NCBI GenBank assembly: GCA_963745835.1
Contig: CAVUZH010000003.1
Span: forward strand, 512,001 to 576,000
Direction: 5' to 3'
DNA length: 64,000 nt
Source: an uncultured delta proteobacterium
GTDB lineage: Bacteria; Desulfobacterota; Binatia; UBA9968
The number at the start of each line of letters is the position of its first letter. Position 1 is the first letter of the stretch. The notes beneath the pieces were generated by a model. That model did not search any database and had not been told where the DNA came from. It saw nothing but the letters and a program-made list of their open reading frames with translations. The translations under genes were made by a program, and so were the position numbers. Below are positions 59,267 to 64,000 of this stretch, piece after piece.

Positions 59267-60364
59267 ATGATTATCGATTTGGATTCCCACTCTCGCCCCC
59301 GGCGAGAAGACTACGTGATTGATTCGGAGTACGAACACCTGCGACCGCGGGCTTACACGGACTCAAAAGGAAATATCCGCAGAGTCTTTAACAATAAAAT
59401 CGTTAGCGTGTCGACTGCGGGTGAGAGAAAAATCGCCGATAGCGAGGGCAAAGCTGCATGGCGTGCCGCCGAATACGACGGCACGGTAAGATACCAGCAG
59501 GTGAAGGAGGCTGGAATCGACTATCAGTTTGTCTCTGCCGGCACGGTCGGTATGTTCAATTACATCGACGCCAAACCAGGTGCCGCATTCATCCGGGCTT
59601 CCAACAATTTTATTCACAACACCTTTATGAAGCCGTACCCGAAGACTTTCACGGGAGCACCGCAGCTTCCACTGCAAGATATCCCTGAGGCGATGAAGGA
59701 ACTGGAGAGATGTGTAAAAGAGCTAGGCATGCTGACTTTTCTTATGCCGACGAATTGGAACGGCATCGACCTGGCAGATCCGCATTGGTGGAATTTTTAC
59801 GATAAAGTTCGTGATCTTGGAATCAGGGGCATTATTGTCCATATCGGCAGTTTCGCTGGTCCATGGGTCGGTCAGGAGCGCTTATCGGTGCTCGGGCCTG
59901 ACGGTACCGCGGGCAGGCGTATCGTCTCACAACCTTTTGAATATTGCACGAACATGATCAATCTCATGTTCGGCGGACTTATGGATTCCTTTCCGGAATT
60001 CAATTTTGCTTTCCTCGAAGCGGGCGCTGAGTTTGCCGTCAACTTTAAGCATCGAGTCAAGGAAAACGTCGAGCAGATCGCCTACTTGCAGGACAACCTG
60101 ACCTCGCCGATCGATAAATACTTCGATCGTTTTTATTTCGTCGTCGACGATCTGCTTCTGGAAGATGAGGGCAAGAGATTGACCGCCGCCGTCGATGAAC
60201 TCGGAGCAGATCACCTGTTCTACGGATCGGATTATCCCCACGACGACGGCCACTTGGACACAGCGTCCAAGATAAACCGGCTCGCCAGTATTTCGACCGA
60301 GGCGAAGGAGAAAATACTTGGCGGGAATGCGGGTGCATTTATGGGGGGAAAGTTAGGATTCTGA
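59267..60364 (+). CDS. Amidohydrolase_2 family protein
   Basis: IIDLDSH, LPLQD, IVHIG, AFLEAG, YGSDYPHDDG, KILGGNA; AGGAGG RBS. Confidence 0.88.
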   Translation: MIIDLDSHSRPRREDYVIDSEYEHLRPRAYTDSKGNIRRVFNNKIVSVSTAGERKIADSEGKAAWRAAEYDGTVRYQQVKEAGIDYQFVSAGTVGMFNYIDAKPGAAFIRASNNFIHNTFMKPYPKTFTGAPQLPLQDIPEAMKELERCVKELGMLTFLMPTNWNGIDLADPHWWNFYDKVRDLGIRGIIVHIGSFAGPWVGQERLSVLGPDGTAGRRIVSQPFEYCTNMINLMFGGLMDSFPEFNFAFLEAGAEFAVNFKHRVKENVEQIAYLQDNLTSPIDKYFDRFYFVVDDLLLEDEGKRLTAAVDELGADHLFYGSDYPHDDGHLDTASKINRLASISTEAKEKILGGNAGAFMGGKLGF

Positions 60365-60488
60365 CAGCGAAAGTAAAGAGGGAGTCTGGTGGCAATGCGA
60401 TGGTTGTAGTAGAAGGACCGATAAAACAATTGAAGGTGAATCCATAGCTTGATGGCCTTCGGACAATGCTGCACGGCAATAAAGGGAT

Positions 60489-61463
60489 TTGAAAATGGTT
60501 CTCTTTAAGTTTCGTTTCTTAGCAGCGTTATTTTGTATCTTCGGCTCACCCGCCGTTGACCGAGTCACGGCAGCGGACAACGTTAAACTCTCGATCTCCA
60601 GTGTTGAGGGGTCGTTTCTCTTCGGTGCCGTCGCTGCGAAGAAGGGCTTCTTTGCACAAGAACAGTTAAACGCCGAAATCGTTCGAGTTGCAGGCAACGT
60701 GATGGTGCCGGCGCTTGCCAATGGCGATATCGATTATACGTTGATGTTCGGGTCGGTCATCCGTGCGGCCTTAAGCGGCTTTCCGTTCAAAATGATAGCC
60801 AGTTTTGTGGATAGCCCGACTGGAGCGTTAGTCGGCAAAGCGAATCTAAATTCGGCCGCGAGCCTCAAGGGAACCAGGATTGCGGTCAGCTCCTTCGGTG
60901 CCGGCGCCCACGTGACCGCCGTTTTGACGGTACAACATCTGGGGCTTAATCAGAATGATGTCAAATTTGTCGCTTCAGGCGGCGACGCCGGAAGGTTAGC
61001 GGCGCTCGAAAACAACCTTGTCGACGTAGCACTCTTAAATCCTGCCGCTGCAGTCAGGGCGGAAAAGCTCGGATTTCGTGTGATCGCCAGATCGTACGAT
61101 CTCTTTACCTTTCCCTATGCCGGGTTGGGTGTTGCCAATAAGAAACTTGCGGAGAAACCGGGCGAGGTAAGGAGGGTCCTCAAGGCGTTGATCAAGGGAA
61201 GTCGATTCATACGTGAAAATCGCGATGAAACGGTTCAAATCCTCAGTGATTGGGCGCGAATCGATCGGCAAAGCGCATCGGATTATTATGACGCCACTTG
61301 GAAAACTTCCAGCCAAGACGGAAGCATACCGGAAAAGGGTCTCCGCTTGGTGATAGAGGATGCGCGCAAGGCATTGAAGATCGAGCGCGAGGTCGCCAGT
61401 TCTGAAGTCGCTGATTTTACCCTGGTCAAAGAGGCGCAAAAGGAGCTTAGACTGAATCGTTGA
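60489..61463 (+). CDS. NMT1/SsuA-like substrate-binding protein
   Basis: VAAKKGFFAQEQLNAE, LKGTRIAVSSFG, RLAALE. Confidence 0.88.
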   Translation: MKMVLFKFRFLAALFCIFGSPAVDRVTAADNVKLSISSVEGSFLFGAVAAKKGFFAQEQLNAEIVRVAGNVMVPALANGDIDYTLMFGSVIRAALSGFPFKMIASFVDSPTGALVGKANLNSAASLKGTRIAVSSFGAGAHVTAVLTVQHLGLNQNDVKFVASGGDAGRLAALENNLVDVALLNPAAAVRAEKLGFRVIARSYDLFTFPYAGLGVANKKLAEKPGEVRRVLKALIKGSRFIRENRDETVQILSDWARIDRQSASDYYDATWKTSSQDGSIPEKGLRLVIEDARKALKIEREVASSEVADFTLVKEAQKELRLNR

Positions 61464-61470
61464 TGGTCGA

Positions 61471-61577
61471 CTAGCAGGGTGCTGAAAAAAGCCTCTTGCA
61501 GGCTGCTCAAAAAGATCCAGAGGCGAGGCGATTGAGCGGCAACGAAGCATATGGGTATTTTTCAGCAGCCTGCCTAG
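61471..61577. mobile_element. MITE-like element, copy 2 (107 bp, internally shortened)
   Basis: CTAGCAGGGTGCTGAAAAA ... TTTTTCAGCAGCCTGCCTAG; shares GCAGGCTGCTCAAAAAGATCCA and GCAACG..GCATATGGGT with 5881-6036. Confidence 0.8.
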
Positions 61578-61595
61578 TAAAACAAAAGAAAGCGT

Positions 61596-62477
61596 GTGAT
61601 CTTGATCGATTCTTTCTTCCTACATCAGCCGAAAACGCTACACGAGACTTTGAACTTGCTTGCAGAGAATCGTGACCAAGTCAGAATTCTCGCAGGCGGT
61701 ACTGAGCTTATCCTTCTGTTGAAGATGAGCTTGGCTAGAAGTAAGCACATCGTCAACATTAAAAAGCTTCCGGGTCTAGCCCAGCTCGAGTATGACTTCG
61801 AGTCCAACGCCTTACGAATCGGCGCGCTGGTGACACACCGCCAGCTGGAAAAATCCGAGCTTGTTAAACAGCATCATCCGTTGATTGTGCAGATGGAGAA
61901 GAGCCTGGCCAATGTCCGAATTCGTAATATTGGAACGCTCGCGGGAAATCTGTCGTTTGCCGAACCGCATGCCGACCCTGGTACGCTCTTACTCGCTCAC
62001 GACGCAGTGCTGAAAATCAACCGCGCCGGCGGTGAACGGCGTATCGAAGTAGCCGACTTTTTCGTCGATTATTATGAGACAGTGTTGGAAGGCGACGAAC
62101 TGTTAACGGAAATAGAGATTCCCGCAGCGCCACAGAACAGCACGGCAACTTATGTGCGCTTCTGTCCCGGCGAGCGTCCCATGGCCGCAGTGGCAGTCAT
62201 CCTCGGATGGAAAAATGGCGTCTGTTATAGTGCCCGCCTGGCGCTCGGCTGTGTCGGGCCTACGCCAATTCGCGTCCGTGACTCAGAGGAGTGGATGATT
62301 GGCAAGACCCCCGATGACATCATCGCTGCGGCCAAACATCTTGGCGAAACAGCCGCAGGTTATAGTCAACCGTTGGAAGATGTTTGGGGCACCGTGGAAT
62401 ATAAAAATCAGATCGTCAAGACTTTGGTCGCCCGCGCCATATCCGATGTAGCTCAAAGGACCCCGAGTCATGAATGA
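61596..62477 (+). CDS. Xanthine dehydrogenase family FAD-binding subunit (CoxM-like)
   Basis: ILAGGTEL, LRIGALVTH, IRNIGTLAGNL, ADP. Confidence 0.92.
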   Translation: MILIDSFFLHQPKTLHETLNLLAENRDQVRILAGGTELILLLKMSLARSKHIVNIKKLPGLAQLEYDFESNALRIGALVTHRQLEKSELVKQHHPLIVQMEKSLANVRIRNIGTLAGNLSFAEPHADPGTLLLAHDAVLKINRAGGERRIEVADFFVDYYETVLEGDELLTEIEIPAAPQNSTATYVRFCPGERPMAAVAVILGWKNGVCYSARLALGCVGPTPIRVRDSEEWMIGKTPDDIIAAAKHLGETAAGYSQPLEDVWGTVEYKNQIVKTLVARAISDVAQRTPSHE

Positions 62478-62973
62478 AGTTTCAATTCCTGTTCAATTCC
62501 GTCTCAATGGACAGCATTGCAAGGGTAATGTGAGCTCAAGCGAATTGTTGATTGATTTTATCCGCGATCGCCTCGGCCTTTCGGGAACAAAACGTTCTTG
62601 CGATATCGAAATCTGCGGCGCTTGCACGGTGCTGCTCGAAGGCAAAGCCGTTAGCTCGTGTTCCGTCTTTGCTTTTGAGGTCGACGGCAAAGAGCTGATG
62701 ACCATCGAGGGGTTGGCGGGCCCGCAGGGATTACATCCTCTGCAGCAGGCATTTATCGACTGCGGTGGCTTTCAATGCGGCTTTTGCACGCCTGGGATGA
62801 TCATGCTGGCGAAATCCCTGCTGGATGAAAATCCTGATCCTACTGTAGACGAGATTCGCGATTACATGGACGCGAATATATGCCGCTGCACCGGTTACCA
62901 GATGATTATTGAATCGATCCGACACGCGGCCAAACAAATCAGCCTTAGGAGAACGGAACAGTGCCAGAAGTAG
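62470..62973 (+). CDS. (2Fe-2S)-binding subunit (CoxS-like)
   Basis: GTKRSCDIEICGACTV, QCGFCTPG, NICRCTGY. Confidence 0.95.
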   Translation: MNEVSIPVQFRLNGQHCKGNVSSSELLIDFIRDRLGLSGTKRSCDIEICGACTVLLEGKAVSSCSVFAFEVDGKELMTIEGLAGPQGLHPLQQAFIDCGGFQCGFCTPGMIMLAKSLLDENPDPTVDEIRDYMDANICRCTGYQMIIESIRHAAKQISLRRTEQCQK

Positions 62974-64000
62974 TCGGACAGAGTATTCCACGGATCGATG
63001 GCGCGGAAAAGGTTTCAGGGCGGGCGGTATACACGAGCGATCTAAAGCTTGCCGGGATGCTCCATGGTAAAATTCTCCGCAGTCCGGTTTGTCATGCCCG
63101 AATCCGCCGCATCGACTCGAGTAAAGCTGCTTCCATGGAGGGTGTCGTTGCGGTTCTTACCAGGGATAATCTGCAGGTCAGTTCGCCGCATTACGGCGCT
63201 TACATTAAAGATCAACCGATCGTAGCCCTGGAAAAGGTGCGCTACAGAGGTGATATCGTCGCAGCGGTGGCTGCCATTGACGAGAAAATTGCCGAGAAAG
63301 CATTGCGCGAGATCGAAGTAGACTACGAAGAACTGCCGGCTGTCTTCGCAGTCGATGACGCGCTGTCGACTAATGCGCCATTGATTCACGATGAGAATCC
63401 GGCACGCAAGGATCCAAGTTACGGTCATGGGGCGAGCCTCATTAGACATGACAACAGCAATATCTTTTATCATTTTCATTACGAGCGCGGCGATGTGGAG
63501 GAAGGTTTTAGACAGGCGGATCACGTCTTCACCGAGACTTATTTTTTGTCTGGAGCTCAGCATTACCCGCTCGAGTCGCATGTCTGCATCACGGATTATC
63601 AGGAGCACCAACTAACCATTTGGAGCGGTAGTCAGACGCCGTTCCCGTTGCGTCAGGAAATGGCCCGGATGTTCGGTCTTCCCTTGAGCCGTGTGCGGGT
63701 CCTCATTCCGTATGTCGGCGGCGGTTACGGTGCGAAGAGCGGCGTCAAAACTGAAGCACTGGCCGTTGCTCTGTCGCGTCTCGCCAAGAAACCGGTTCGG
63801 CTGAGCCTGAGCGCGGACGAAACGTTCCAGACGCTGTGCGACCCCAGTGCTAAGGTTGTCATGAAAACCGGCGTCACCGATGATGGCAGATTTATTGCGC
63901 GTCAATGCGAGGTCTATTTCAACGGCGGCGCCTACGCCAATTCCGGCCCTACGGTGACGGAAAGAGCCGGATACCGTGGGCATGGGCCATACCGAATTCC
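62961..64000 (+). CDS. Xanthine dehydrogenase family molybdopterin-binding large subunit; runs off the right window edge
   Basis: Not in the ORF track. GTG at 62961 after AGGAG: VGQSIPRIDGAEKVSGRAVY, MLHGKILRSPVCHARI, KVRYRGD, HYPLE, YVGGGYGAK, GGAY, GPYRI. Confidence 0.9.
   Translation, partial: MPEVVGQSIPRIDGAEKVSGRAVYTSDLKLAGMLHGKILRSPVCHARIRRIDSSKAASMEGVVAVLTRDNLQVSSPHYGAYIKDQPIVALEKVRYRGDIVAAVAAIDEKIAEKALREIEVDYEELPAVFAVDDALSTNAPLIHDENPARKDPSYGHGASLIRHDNSNIFYHFHYERGDVEEGFRQADHVFTETYFLSGAQHYPLESHVCITDYQEHQLTIWSGSQTPFPLRQEMARMFGLPLSRVRVLIPYVGGGYGAKSGVKTEALAVALSRLAKKPVRLSLSADETFQTLCDPSAKVVMKTGVTDDGRFIARQCEVYFNGGAYANSGPTVTERAGYRGHGPYRI

Noticed and set aside
61596-64000. Aerobic CO dehydrogenase (coxMSL)
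   Set aside because: Gene order fits, but the diagnostic AYxCSFR loop lies beyond the window and no cox accessory genes are visible; called only as xanthine dehydrogenase family.

Overview
GC-rich bacterial chromosomal window with no rRNA, tRNA or CRISPR array recognised. The gene content (many stand-alone NMT1/SsuA-type and AfuA-type solute-binding proteins, amidohydrolases, VOC proteins, Mo-hydroxylases) resembles soil 'Deltaproteobacteria'/Ca. Binatia genomes; this taxonomy is inference. Most of the window is transport and catabolism: two xanthine-dehydrogenase-family Mo-enzyme loci cut by the window edges, three MFS transporters, an APC permease, a TetR-RND efflux operon, c-type cytochromes and methyltransferases. 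Four things stand out. (1) An accessory island at ~41.3-49.0 kb in which toxin-antitoxin modules, a GIY-YIG-like gene and a decayed AIPR gene are separated by same-orientation copies of the motif (TC)AAGATTCAAGACGCGACCCC, with one inverted variant at the far end; it looks like a cassette array but no recombinase gene is in view. (2) A three-gene operon: ExeA-like AAA ATPase, HAMP membrane protein with no output domain, and an SBP-LysM fusion. (3) A cytochrome c with a contracted CxCH haem motif. (4) A CTAG-flanked MITE present twice. There are also several small gene relics. All product calls come from motif recognition by eye, not from database searches.
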